Assembly (NCBI GenBank): GCA_032250805.1 | Contig: JAVVEM010000011.1 | Coordinates: 9,523 to 73,522 of the forward strand | Reading direction: 5' to 3' | Origin: Bacteroidales bacterium | GTDB lineage: Bacteria; Bacteroidota; Bacteroidia; Bacteroidales; B18-G4 | Length of the DNA: 64,000 nucleotides | Part shown: positions 29,366 to 39,130 of the stretch, piece after piece | Numbering within the stretch: position 1 is the first letter of the stretch | Layout of the letters: every line of letters begins with the position of its first letter | Notes under the pieces: generated by a model | What the model saw: only the letters and a program-made list of their open reading frames with translations | Told to the model about the DNA's origin: nothing | Database searches by the model: none | Made by a program: the position numbers and the translations under genes

Positions 29366-30621
29366 GCCTGTATATAATTTGTATAAAAATCAATGTGTTT
29401 GCGGGCAATGGCTTCCCAACTGTATTCTTCAAGGATCAGCTTGTAGGCATTTTTACCTATTTCTTCGCATTTTTCTTCATCCCTGAGCAATGCGATCATT
29501 GCTGCTGCAAACTCTTCGGGATCCGACGGATCAACCAGAAAACCGTTATATCCGTTCCTGATCGTGTTTCGTATGCCACCAAATTTTGAGGCTACCACGG
29601 GCGTGCCGCATGCCATGGCTTCCTGGCTGGTCATGCCAAAAGGCTCAAAAAGTGAAGGCATCACAAACAGACTGGCTTGCTGGTAATACGTTCGCATCAT
29701 CTCATTGGGGACATAGCCAATCCGGATTACCCGGTCCTGCATGCCAGCATTGCGGATAATCTCGTCAATCATTGCAAAAACACCCTGTTCCCTGGGCTTG
29801 GGATCCGGCGATCCACCACCGATCACCAGATCTGTATCAGGGATCTCCCTCCGCACAATGTCCCAGGCATGCAGCAGAAGATCGTGGCCTTTATTGGTGT
29901 CGATACGGCTTAAGCAGAACACATATTTGTCGGGCAGCGTGGTTTTTATTTTTTTTTCTCCTTCCCGGGGGGAATAAAAATAATGAACATCCACCCCGGG
30001 GGGGATGATCGTAATATTGCCGGCATCGTAATTATAAAGCTCATTGAGCTTTTCCCGCTGCACGATGGAGGTGAGCGACTGAGCATTTACATTTTCGAAA
30101 ATGCGCATTTCTTCGGCTATGCGGTGTCTGAAATTAAATTTCTTTTCCATCTCATCCGGCTCGCCACCCATTTGATCGCGTTTCCAGGCACCCAGTGAGT
30201 GGGCCGTAAAATATACGGGTTTGTTCATCGCCTTTGCCACATCAAGGGCAACGATGCCGGCATCTACATAATGGCCGTGGTAAAGATCATAATTCAGACC
30301 TTCATTTTTTATGAAATCAATCATATTGCCTGCCAGCTCAGGAAGAACTTCATAGATGAATTCTTTGGGAATAAACTCCCAGGGTCCTGCAGCGATACGG
30401 ATCACCCTTACATCGGGGTGGCCCGGTACCGGGTCGATCTGCTGCTGCGTTGGATCAAACCAACGGGTGTAGATATCTGTTTTGTAGCCAGCTTTAGCAA
30501 GGGCCTTGGCGAGCTCAAGAACGTATACCACCTGCCCGCCGGTGTCAGTTTGTCCCAATTTGGGTATCGGGTCGAAATAACCATGCGTACTCAGCATGGC
30601 AATATGCTTAATTTGACTCAT
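29362..30621 (-). CDS. GT4 glycosyltransferase of the sucrose-phosphate/mannosylfructose-phosphate synthase (MfpsA-like) clade
   Basis: STHGY..LG..DTGGQVVYVLELA, FIPKE, HYVDAG, HSLG, IPPG, EPFGMT. No fused HAD phosphatase domain. Confidence 0.85.
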   Translation of the reverse strand: MSQIKHIAMLSTHGYFDPIPKLGQTDTGGQVVYVLELAKALAKAGYKTDIYTRWFDPTQQQIDPVPGHPDVRVIRIAAGPWEFIPKEFIYEVLPELAGNMIDFIKNEGLNYDLYHGHYVDAGIVALDVAKAMNKPVYFTAHSLGAWKRDQMGGEPDEMEKKFNFRHRIAEEMRIFENVNAQSLTSIVQREKLNELYNYDAGNITIIPPGVDVHYFYSPREGEKKIKTTLPDKYVFCLSRIDTNKGHDLLLHAWDIVRREIPDTDLVIGGGSPDPKPREQGVFAMIDEIIRNAGMQDRVIRIGYVPNEMMRTYYQQASLFVMPSLFEPFGMTSQEAMACGTPVVASKFGGIRNTIRNGYNGFLVDPSDPEEFAAAMIALLRDEEKCEEIGKNAYKLILEEYSWEAIARKHIDFYTNYIQA

Positions 30622-31297
30622 AATCCTCTCTTTTTACGGCATCATATTTTTTGGTGATGATGATGTCGGCATCTTTTTTCTGGGCGCTGATGATCCGGTG
30701 CTCAATGCTAAGTATCTTTTCCAGGAATTCATCCTGTTTTTCCCTGGCACGTTTGGCTCTGGCTTTACGGGTGTCATTGAGGTCGCGGTCGATGAATATC
30801 CGGCAGTCGACATTCTTTAGTGCGGTGGTATAGGTGCCTTCGGCAATGAATACCCTGTAGGGGCTGAGGTCGACGGTTTCGCTTGTAAGGCGGTCCTCGC
30901 CGAAGATCACCAGTGGTTTATTTATGATGTTTTCGCCTTCCCTCAGCAGGGCGATCTCCTGATCAAGGAGCGAAAGTTTTACCTCCTGCATCCCCACCCA
31001 GCCGATATCCTCTTTTCTTTTTTCGGCATTTGTTTTTGGGGGATATACAAAATAATCATCCTGGGCGAAAATATAGGTCTTGATGCCTTTTTTTTCGAGA
31101 ACTGCGGCAAGAGATGCAGCAACCTCCGACTTTCCTGCTCCTGATTCACCAGCCACACTGATAAAATACCGGCCCTCAGTTTTTCTGATTTCGTTGAGTA
31201 TGATCCCGGTAGCCTGCCTTCCCGCCTTGCGGTGAAAATTGTTAATGATCAATACATCGCCTTCCATCCTGCTTGGTTTTTTAGTTTCTGCCTGCAT
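30608..31297 (-). CDS. P-loop kinase, uridine kinase/PRK-like
   Basis: Walker A GESGAGKS, QDDYF, AEG. True start may be MEGDVL at 31267. TATATTTG promoter (minus strand) at 31423-31430. Confidence 0.75.
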   Translation of the reverse strand: MQAETKKPSRMEGDVLIINNFHRKAGRQATGIILNEIRKTEGRYFISVAGESGAGKSEVAASLAAVLEKKGIKTYIFAQDDYFVYPPKTNAEKRKEDIGWVGMQEVKLSLLDQEIALLREGENIINKPLVIFGEDRLTSETVDLSPYRVFIAEGTYTTALKNVDCRIFIDRDLNDTRKARAKRAREKQDEFLEKILSIEHRIISAQKKDADIIITKKYDAVKREDYESN

Positions 31298-31454
31298 CCG
31301 CTGATGATCCTCCTTTGCCTGGCAGACAGATTGTATATTGCGTTTTGATTAAACCTTCATCGTATTTATTGATTATCCCACACCGTATGCCGCAGCCATT
31401 GCCTGCATCTCTTTTCCATTGCCAAATATACTGAAAATCCTTAATTTCGGGGCG

Positions 31455-32327
31455 ATGGAAATCAGGCATGCAGAACTTGGTGAATTACAGGCTTTGATGC
31501 GCAACGAGCTGGAAAAGATCTATCCGGTAAGGGAGGCTGCATCAATTATAAATACTTTGTTTTCCTCTTACCTGGGTATGTCGCGGGCCGAACTGGTGAT
31601 AAATAAAACACATAAACTCAGCGAATCGCAGATTTTTTATTTTCAGCGTGCCCTGAAACGGCTTATGGCCCACGAGCCGCTGCAGTATGTATGCGGTAAG
31701 GCTTTCTTTCTTGGTCGCGAATTCAGGCTTGGTCGTGCCGTGCTCATTCCCAGGCCGGAAACCGAAGAACTGGTGCAATGGATCATTGGTGATCTCAGCC
31801 AAACCAAAAAGAATATGAGCATTCTTGATATTGGTACGGGCAGTGGTTGTATTGCTGTGAGCCTCGAAAGAAAGCTGGCCGGTTCGGAAGTGTTTGCGAT
31901 CGACAATTCTGAACAGGCACTGCACATTGCCGGAAGCAATGCTGAACTCAACGGCAGCAATGTGCAATTCAGCCTTGTTGATATTCTGATGCCTGCAGCC
32001 CGCCGGTCGTTACCGGTATTTGATGTGATCGTGAGCAACCCTCCCTACGTTACGCCCGGCGACAGAAAAAAAATGAAGCCGAATGTTACTGCCTTTGAAC
32101 CACATGAAGCGCTGTTTGTGAGTGATCAGGATCCCCTGTTATTTTACAGGGAGATCCTTGAATTTTCTACTGACCACCTGGCCCGGGGCGGGAAAATATA
32201 TTTTGAGTGTAATGAAAAATATACGCGGGAAGTGGCATCGATGATGCGTAAAAACGGCTTTACAGCTGTTGAGATTAAAACAGATATGCAGCAGAAAGAG
32301 CGGATGGTGAAAGGCAACAGGCTATAG
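31455..32327 (+). CDS. prmC: Release factor glutamine methyltransferase
   Basis: EPLQY, VLIPRPETEE, LDIGTGSGCIA, SNPPY, EPHEALF. Start at ATG 31455. Confidence 0.93.
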   Translation: MEIRHAELGELQALMRNELEKIYPVREAASIINTLFSSYLGMSRAELVINKTHKLSESQIFYFQRALKRLMAHEPLQYVCGKAFFLGREFRLGRAVLIPRPETEELVQWIIGDLSQTKKNMSILDIGTGSGCIAVSLERKLAGSEVFAIDNSEQALHIAGSNAELNGSNVQFSLVDILMPAARRSLPVFDVIVSNPPYVTPGDRKKMKPNVTAFEPHEALFVSDQDPLLFYREILEFSTDHLARGGKIYFECNEKYTREVASMMRKNGFTAVEIKTDMQQKERMVKGNRL

Positions 32328-32354
32328 TCCATAGGCTACAGGCTTTGGATTTGT

Positions 32355-32400
32355 CCCTTGCCTGCCCGCCGTAGTCCGAAGGACAGAGGAGGGGCCCTTG
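32355..32400. repeat. GC-rich REP/MITE-like hairpin flanked by CCCTTG direct repeats
   Basis: CCCTTG (32355-60) + CCTGCCCGCCGTAGTCCGAAGGACAGAGGAGGGG + CCCTTG (32395-400); internal GTCC-GAA-GGAC stem. Confidence 0.45.
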
Positions 32401-32484
32401 CTATTTGTTATTTGTTATTTGCTATTTGCTATTTGCTATTTGTTATTTGTTATTTGTTATTTGTTATTTGTTATTTGTTATTTG
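32401..32484. repeat. Heptamer tandem repeat (YTATTTG)x12
   Basis: Counted directly: 4 CTATTTG and 8 TTATTTG units, abutting the stop codon of the PiT gene at 32485. Confidence 0.97.
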
Positions 32485-34764
32485 TTACTCCCCTTCCCCA
32501 GCCGGGTAATCATGCTCCACAATAAAATCGCGCTGCGATTTTAGCAGGTTAATGGTGTGAAAGAGGATCGATTTCATTTCGCTCAGAATGCCCAGGTACA
32601 TCAGGCTGTTTTTTGTGCCTGCTTCATGGTTCTTGATGCGCTTGATCTGCATTTTGTTCACATGGTCAATAAGTTTGATGATCTCTGCCTGCACTTTAAG
32701 GATGTTGTCGATCTCTGTAAATCGTTGGTCGTGTATACAATCGAGTATTTCTTTATAAAGCCCCGAAACCTTCATATTCAACTGGTTTAATTCCTCAACC
32801 TGGTCGGGCAGGAGCCCCTTATGATTGTTATCGACATGCGTTGTTGCTGATTTAGCAATGAAATATACCGAACGCGTGATCTCCCTCAGGAAATCAAGGA
32901 CCTGAACATAGAAGTGACCTGTATCGATTGAATCTTCCTCGAATTTATCAATGGTAATGTGCACATTATCCTTGAGGTATTTCGCTTTCTTATTCAGCTC
33001 GGAAGCCTGCCGGCTTTTCTTTCTCAGCTTTTTCAGGTCTTCATTTGCAAGTCCCTTGATCACTGAAAAGAATGTGCTGGGCACTTCAGCGAGTATTTCG
33101 GCGACAGTGTTGGAATATTTGCTAACGATGTTATCTCCGTTGATCTTTTCTTCCGCATCAACGCTGTTGTCTCGTTCTGATTTCCTGGCTTCTCTTTTTT
33201 TATGAACGGCATGGGTTCTGAAAACCACGAAGGCCGCAAACAGGATCATGATAATCACAGCCGGCATCTTGCCATAGAATATAACAACTGCTATGATAAA
33301 AGCCACTGTAAAAGCCGATAAAGCGGTTAAAAACCAACCTCCTATCACCGATATCACTCCCGTGACCCTGTATACGGCCGATTCCCTGCCCCATGCGCCG
33401 TCGGCCAGCGAGGTACCCATGGCTACCATAAATGTTACATATGTAGTTGAAAGGGGTAGTTTTAGCGAGGTTCCGAAGGCGATCAGGATACTCGCCACCA
33501 CGAGGTTAACTGATGCCCGCATCATATCAAATGAAATGGCATCTTTTTTCTGCTGCTTGATGTTGCTTTCCTTCACCTTCTCGAGGTCGAAACGCTTATC
33601 CATCTTCTCCTTAATACCATTGGGAATGACATAATTAATGCCTTTTGCCACGGTTCTGGTTTGCCTTACAAGCACCCTCGAAAATAATGTTGAACTGAAG
33701 CGCTCGCTTCCTTCACCCTGCCGGCTAAGATCGAGTGAGGTTGTCACCACCGACCTTGCCTTTTTCGATTTGTACAAGGTAACCACCATGATTAACCCGG
33801 CAATGAGCAGCAGGTAGGTGTCGGTTTTTATCTGGCCTGACAGAGCTGTCATCAGGAAGTTGTCGGCTGCTGCTCCCGAGCGCTGAAATTCGAGAAAGGA
33901 CTCGTATCCCGCCAGGGGAACCCCGATAAAGTTAACGAGGTCGTTTCCGGCAAAAGCCATGGCAAGGGCAAATGTGCCAACAAGCACAATAACTTTAAGG
34001 ATATCAAATTTTTTGTAGATAAGTGAGATAATCTGCAAAAAGACTGTCCAGAAAATAAAGCTGGCAACGACAATGGCAAGGGTATTCATTTCGATCCAAT
34101 CTTTGGCATTATCTGTCATGAATGAAGCCCCTTTGGAACCTTTTATAAGCATAAAGTATATGATCACGGTAATAGCAATGCCTCCCCACAGGGCACCGTA
34201 ATACTTCATGTTTTTCTTATAGTTGAAAGTAAAAGCCAGGCGGGCAATATATTGCACGAAAGCCCCTATGGTAAATGCAATGATCACCGATAACAATATA
34301 CCAGTGATGATGGCCAGTGCTTTTTCAGAGTTGATATAACGGCCAAGTTCTGCCAGTGTTTCGCTGGCAGCATAGATTTTAATCATCGATATGGCGACAG
34401 CTCCCCCCAGGAGCTCAAAAACTATTGAAACTGTTGTGGATGTTGGCAGTCCGAATGTGTTAAAGGCATCCAGCAGGATAACATCCGTGATCATTACCGC
34501 AAGGAATATGATCATGATCTCGGAAAAGTAGAACTCGCCGGGGTGAAAGATCCCTTTTCTTGCTACTTCCATCAGTCCGCTCGAAAAGGTTGCGCCAACC
34601 AGCACACCTAATGCTGCAATCAGCATAATAACCTTAAATGGTGCGGCTTTTGCTCCAATGGCCGAATTAAGGAAGTTCACTGCATCATTGCTTACACCAA
34701 CCACCAGATCGGATATGGCAAGTGCAAAAAGAACGATAACAAGGATCAGGTAAAATGTTTCCAT
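32485..34764 (-). CDS. PiT-family inorganic phosphate transporter with C-terminal PhoU-like domain
   Basis: Repeated PiT signatures GVSNDAVN and AGNDLVN, GLPTSTT and LPLSTT, many TM helices, helical soluble C-terminus. TATTTTTG promoter (minus strand) at 34784-34791. Confidence 0.9.
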   Translation of the reverse strand: METFYLILVIVLFALAISDLVVGVSNDAVNFLNSAIGAKAAPFKVIMLIAALGVLVGATFSSGLMEVARKGIFHPGEFYFSEIMIIFLAVMITDVILLDAFNTFGLPTSTTVSIVFELLGGAVAISMIKIYAASETLAELGRYINSEKALAIITGILLSVIIAFTIGAFVQYIARLAFTFNYKKNMKYYGALWGGIAITVIIYFMLIKGSKGASFMTDNAKDWIEMNTLAIVVASFIFWTVFLQIISLIYKKFDILKVIVLVGTFALAMAFAGNDLVNFIGVPLAGYESFLEFQRSGAAADNFLMTALSGQIKTDTYLLLIAGLIMVVTLYKSKKARSVVTTSLDLSRQGEGSERFSSTLFSRVLVRQTRTVAKGINYVIPNGIKEKMDKRFDLEKVKESNIKQQKKDAISFDMMRASVNLVVASILIAFGTSLKLPLSTTYVTFMVAMGTSLADGAWGRESAVYRVTGVISVIGGWFLTALSAFTVAFIIAVVIFYGKMPAVIIMILFAAFVVFRTHAVHKKREARKSERDNSVDAEEKINGDNIVSKYSNTVAEILAEVPSTFFSVIKGLANEDLKKLRKKSRQASELNKKAKYLKDNVHITIDKFEEDSIDTGHFYVQVLDFLREITRSVYFIAKSATTHVDNNHKGLLPDQVEELNQLNMKVSGLYKEILDCIHDQRFTEIDNILKVQAEIIKLIDHVNKMQIKRIKNHEAGTKNSLMYLGILSEMKSILFHTINLLKSQRDFIVEHDYPAGEGE

Positions 34765-34822
34765 CAGGTTTTGTTTGGTTCGGCAAAAATAGCCACTCTG
34801 ATCAACAGCATTGAGGGGCCAA

Positions 34823-34839
34823 TGTTAATTTATTGTTAA
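34823..34839 (-). promoter_or_regulatory. Pho-box-like direct repeat
   Basis: TTAACA-ATAAA-TTAACA on the minus strand (11-bp period) between the divergent PiT and porin genes. Confidence 0.6.
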
Positions 34840-34929
34840 CTTTAATTAAGACGCTTATGGTTGGCATATTAAAATTTTGTTCATTTTTGGCTTTCAATGA
34901 TAAAAATATAAATCAACCTACTACGGAAT

Positions 34930-35940
34930 ATGAAAAAGTATTATTTCTTTTCCACAATCTACGTTCTGTTGTTAATATCTTTTAATTCATTTTCACAGGA
35001 TATAGATACAGAGGAGTTTACGCCTCATGGAAAACCCATCATAAAAATTTTTACAAATATTCACTCAGGGCTTTCGGAGAATAACGATGATGCAGGTTTT
35101 GAAATACGCAGGGCATACTTCGGATATCGGTATCATTTATCGGATAACTTTGAGATCGGCTTAACACTCGATATTGGTAGCCCCAACGATGCTTCTGAAT
35201 ATTCGCTGCTGCGCCGCTTTGCTTATTTTAAAAATGCATATTTAAAATATACATGGAATAAATTAACTACACAGTTTGGGATTGTTGGTGTATATGAATT
35301 CGACATACAGGAAGATTACTGGGCTCATCGCTACATTTCTAAATCATTTATGGACGAATACGATTTTGGTCCAAGTGCCGACCTTGGTTGGAATATTGCA
35401 TATCGCTTCAACGATTTTGTCAGCGCTGACTTCGGTTTATACAATGGCGAGGGATATACCAAACTACAGGCCGACAATGCGTTTAAGGCAGGATTTGGGG
35501 TTTCCGTGTTTCCGCTAAAAGGTTTCATCGTGAGGATATATGGCGATATGATCGAGAAAGGCGTTTACCAGCAAACGATTGCCGGTTTCATTGGATATAA
35601 GTTTAAGGATAAATTTATTGGCGGTGCCGAGTATAATTACCAATTTAACTATAATTATTCCGATGGCCAGGATAGATATGGATTTTCGGTTTATGGCTCA
35701 TATTATTTGGATGAACAATGGCAGCTGTTTGCCCGTTTCGATCAGGTTTATTCCAATATACCTGACAACTTTAACCAGCCCTGGGACCTTGAACAGGACG
35801 GTAGTACCATTACCGGCGGAATTGAATATTCGCCCATTAAACAGGTGAAAATTGCTGCCAATTACCAGGACTGGACCCCATATGCCAGGAATCTTGCGAA
35901 TGAAGCATACATTTATTTGAATTTTGAATATAAACTATAA
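34930..35940 (+). CDS. Outer-membrane porin (OprO/OprP-like beta-barrel)
   Basis: Signal peptide, GFEIRRAYFGY, alternating aromatic strands, C-terminal YLNFEYKL; sits in a phosphate gene cluster. Confidence 0.7.
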   Translation: MKKYYFFSTIYVLLLISFNSFSQDIDTEEFTPHGKPIIKIFTNIHSGLSENNDDAGFEIRRAYFGYRYHLSDNFEIGLTLDIGSPNDASEYSLLRRFAYFKNAYLKYTWNKLTTQFGIVGVYEFDIQEDYWAHRYISKSFMDEYDFGPSADLGWNIAYRFNDFVSADFGLYNGEGYTKLQADNAFKAGFGVSVFPLKGFIVRIYGDMIEKGVYQQTIAGFIGYKFKDKFIGGAEYNYQFNYNYSDGQDRYGFSVYGSYYLDEQWQLFARFDQVYSNIPDNFNQPWDLEQDGSTITGGIEYSPIKQVKIAANYQDWTPYARNLANEAYIYLNFEYKL

Positions 35941-35956
35941 TTTTCAACACATCATC

Positions 35957-37324
35957 ATGATGAAATTAATATACAACAGAATGTTTTGCGTATTGATCAG
36001 CTTACTATTGCTTATCATAATTTCAGCTTCGTGCCGCAAAAGCAATTATGAGATAAAAGAGGGCATTGTAACGATCAACGACCAGGGTGAAGGAACTGGT
36101 ACGGTTACCTGGACAAGCGACAGATCGTATTTGCTTGAGGGCTTTGTTTTTGTAAACGATGCCCAGGTGCTGACCATCGAGGCGGGAACGGTTATTCGTG
36201 CCAAAACCGGTCAGGGTTCAGCCGCCAGTGCCCTGATCGTTGCGCGTGGAGGAAAGATCATTGCCCGGGGAAACTCTGACGAGCCCATTATTTTTACAGT
36301 TGAAGATGATGATCTGCAAGGATCCGTTCCGGTCGATGCACAGGGATTATGGGGCGGCCTCATCATTTTGGGCGCAGCTCCGCTGAATCTCTCCCTGGGT
36401 GAAAGTCATATTGAAGGGATACCATTCACCGAACCAAGAGGTGAGTATGGAGGGCAGAACCCCCAGGATGATTCAGGGGTTTTGCAGTATGTATCCATCA
36501 GGCACGCTGGAACAAATATTGGTGAAGGGAATGAAATCAATGGTTTAACCCTCGGAGCAGTGGGCAGCTCAACAATCATTGATCATGTGGAAGTGATCTC
36601 ATGTGCCGATGACGCTTTTGAATTTTTTGGTGGTGAAGTCAATTGCAAATATCTTGTTGCGGCGTTTTGTGGTGATGATGCTTTTGATTTCGACCTGGGA
36701 TACCGGGGCAAAGGACAATATTATCTTGCCATACAGGATGCCGGCGAAGGGGATAAGATAATTGAATGTACCGGAGGAGTGGATCCTGTTACAGGCCAGC
36801 CCTATACCATGCCGCTGATCTATAATGCCACATTCATTGGAAGGGGCACTGGTCCAGGTAAGAAAATAATGGAATTTTCGCTCAATGGAGCGGGGACTGT
36901 TGCAAATTCGGTGATGGTTTTGCAGGATAGGGGATGTTTGGTCGAATACGTTGAGGGCAGCCTTGATTCGTACTGGCAATTCGGGAATGAAAACCTCCAA
37001 ATCGCCAACAATGTGTTTTATAATATAGGAAACCAGTCAGTGGATGATATTTTTGGTGTTTATGCTGCGGGCGGGGTTGATGTAGGCCAACAAAATGATG
37101 TCTTCAGGGCATATTTTGCTGCTGCCGAAAATATGATTGCTGATCCTGGTGTGACCCGCATCAATGACAAATATAAACTCATTCCTGATGCGAATGTTTT
37201 TGATGAGTTGGCCGCTTATCCCGATCCCTGGTTTGAAAATGTGAATTATAAGGGTGCTTTTTATACTTATCAGTGGATGGCCGGCTGGACGGATCTGTAT
37301 GAAACAGGATTAATACTTGATTAA
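35957..37324 (+). CDS. Lipoprotein with probable right-handed beta-helix
   Basis: Lipobox ISASC; LTIEAGTVI, WGGLIILG, DDSGVLQYVSIRHAG, EINGLTLGAVGS, DDAFEFFGG, DDAFDFD. Start at MMKLIY. Confidence 0.7.
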   Translation: MMKLIYNRMFCVLISLLLLIIISASCRKSNYEIKEGIVTINDQGEGTGTVTWTSDRSYLLEGFVFVNDAQVLTIEAGTVIRAKTGQGSAASALIVARGGKIIARGNSDEPIIFTVEDDDLQGSVPVDAQGLWGGLIILGAAPLNLSLGESHIEGIPFTEPRGEYGGQNPQDDSGVLQYVSIRHAGTNIGEGNEINGLTLGAVGSSTIIDHVEVISCADDAFEFFGGEVNCKYLVAAFCGDDAFDFDLGYRGKGQYYLAIQDAGEGDKIIECTGGVDPVTGQPYTMPLIYNATFIGRGTGPGKKIMEFSLNGAGTVANSVMVLQDRGCLVEYVEGSLDSYWQFGNENLQIANNVFYNIGNQSVDDIFGVYAAGGVDVGQQNDVFRAYFAAAENMIADPGVTRINDKYKLIPDANVFDELAAYPDPWFENVNYKGAFYTYQWMAGWTDLYETGLILD

Positions 37325-37338
37325 TAAACTAAGGCTGT

Positions 37339-39030
37339 TTATTTTGATAGTGCCTCCGAAACGTTAATGACATGGTCGCCAATGCGCTCGCAATGATGCA
37401 CCAGATCAGTAAACACAGTAGCTGTTTTGTGGGTATACTTTCCCTGTTTTATGCTTTCAATACTCTTTGTCTTTAATGTGTCTCTCAGGCTGTTGATCTT
37501 ATTTTCCAATTCAGATGCCTGAGCAAGGTCGGGTTTCTCTTTACTGACATTTTCTGACATTACCAGCAATGCCGATTGTATGAGTGAGAACATATGGTCG
37601 AGGTCGTCCCTGATCTCCTGTATAAAATAAATACCTTCTTTGTTTTTCAGGTATATACCCGTGGCCATTTTACGACACGAATCACCGATGCTTTCCATGT
37701 CGTCAATAATTTTTAACATGGTCCTCACCTGTTCTGTTCCCCGGTGGCTGAGTTTGCTCTCCGAAACCTTTGTCAGATAGTCGCTGATCTCCTTTTCGAT
37801 CCTGTCGGTGATACGCTCATATTTTGTGATCTTTTTGTATGTCTTTTCATATTGCGGTTCATCCCACTCGATCATCAGGGCCGGAACGAGGTTAAATAAT
37901 TTTACTATCAGGCTGGCCATTACCATGATCTCTTTTTTAGCCTGTATGAGCGATAATTCGGAGGTGGAAAGATAGGACGACCCGATATGCACCAGCCTGA
38001 ACTTTTCGCGTCGTTTTAGCTTGCTGCCCGGAATGATCTTTTTAAGCAGGCGTTCGCTGGCCGGAAGCAGGCTTAAAAACAATATGGTATTGAGAATATT
38101 AAAGCCCGTATGGAATATTGCCAGTCCAAATGGAATTGATTCAGGGTCATTCGCAATGGAATGGCCGGTTGTTTGAACCATAAAATAATCGATTGCACGG
38201 GTCAGGAACCCAAACAGGATCAATGCCCAAATGATGCCGGTAAAATTAAAAAGAACATGAAAGAGCGCGGAGCGTTTGGCCGATCGATTGGCAACAAGGG
38301 CAGCAATGTTGGCTGTAATCGTTGTGCCGAGGTTTTCGCCAAGAACCATGGCGGCTGCTATATCAAATGAAATCCAACCATCAACGGCAAGTACAAAAGT
38401 GAGTGCCATCACCGCACTGGACGATTGGAAAATAATGGTGAGAAGAAAGCCTATGCCAACGAACAACAGCACCGACAGGAAACCATAGTGGACAAGGTTT
38501 TTAAAATGTTGCACGAACATACTGCTTTCGTCAACCATAGGGATGTTTGACTTTAGAAATTGCAGCCCCATGAACAATATCGCAAACCCGATGATAAATT
38601 CGGCCCAGGAACGTTGCATATTATTCCCCGAAAAGAATAAGGGCAGGCTTAAGGCCACCAGTGGCAAAACAATGCTTGTAATATTAAATGTTTGCCCAAA
38701 GCCCAGCAGTACGATGATCCAGGCTGTGATGGTTGTTCCGATATTGGCGCCCATGATCAGGCTGAAGGAGCGCCTGAGGGATATGAGCCCTGCATTTACA
38801 AAACTTATCAGCATGACGGTGGTGGCTGATGAGGATTGTATGGCGCCGGTGATGGATAAGCCTGCCATCACCCCCCTGAAGTCGTTGGAAGTGATGGTAG
38901 ATAATATCCTGCGCATGCGGATGCCGGCAACTTTTTGAAGCGATTCGCTCATCAGGATCATTCCAAAAAGAAAGATCCCCAGCGAACCAATAATGGTTAA
39001 TATCGTGATAATGATGTTGAAGGCGTTCAT
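37339..39030 (-). CDS. Na+/Pi cotransporter (NptA/YjbB family) with PhoU domains
   Basis: QSSSATT, MGANIGTT, second QSSSA, GENLGTT; C-terminal ESIGD and ERIGDH PhoU repeats. TACCTTTG promoter at 39040-39047 supports the ATG at 39030. Confidence 0.92.
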   Translation of the reverse strand: MNAFNIIITILTIIGSLGIFLFGMILMSESLQKVAGIRMRRILSTITSNDFRGVMAGLSITGAIQSSSATTVMLISFVNAGLISLRRSFSLIMGANIGTTITAWIIVLLGFGQTFNITSIVLPLVALSLPLFFSGNNMQRSWAEFIIGFAILFMGLQFLKSNIPMVDESSMFVQHFKNLVHYGFLSVLLFVGIGFLLTIIFQSSSAVMALTFVLAVDGWISFDIAAAMVLGENLGTTITANIAALVANRSAKRSALFHVLFNFTGIIWALILFGFLTRAIDYFMVQTTGHSIANDPESIPFGLAIFHTGFNILNTILFLSLLPASERLLKKIIPGSKLKRREKFRLVHIGSSYLSTSELSLIQAKKEIMVMASLIVKLFNLVPALMIEWDEPQYEKTYKKITKYERITDRIEKEISDYLTKVSESKLSHRGTEQVRTMLKIIDDMESIGDSCRKMATGIYLKNKEGIYFIQEIRDDLDHMFSLIQSALLVMSENVSKEKPDLAQASELENKINSLRDTLKTKSIESIKQGKYTHKTATVFTDLVHHCERIGDHVINVSEALSK

Positions 39031-39130
39031 GGTTGACTGCAAAGGTATTAATTCCTGTAGAATTGTTTTTAAGTAAAATCATTGATGCTTGAATGATTTT
39101 TTTATATTTGACTCAACTATACGATTTCTC

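Noticed and set aside
31298-31420. Long leader of the kinase-GT4-XdhC operon as a Moco or other riboswitch
   Set aside because: Only weak pairing (TCTGCC/GGCAGA) and none of the conserved Moco-RNA motifs I can recognise; an Rfam scan would settle it.
32401-32484. Repeat tract as a CRISPR array
   Set aside because: Contiguous 7-mers with no spacers and no cas genes.
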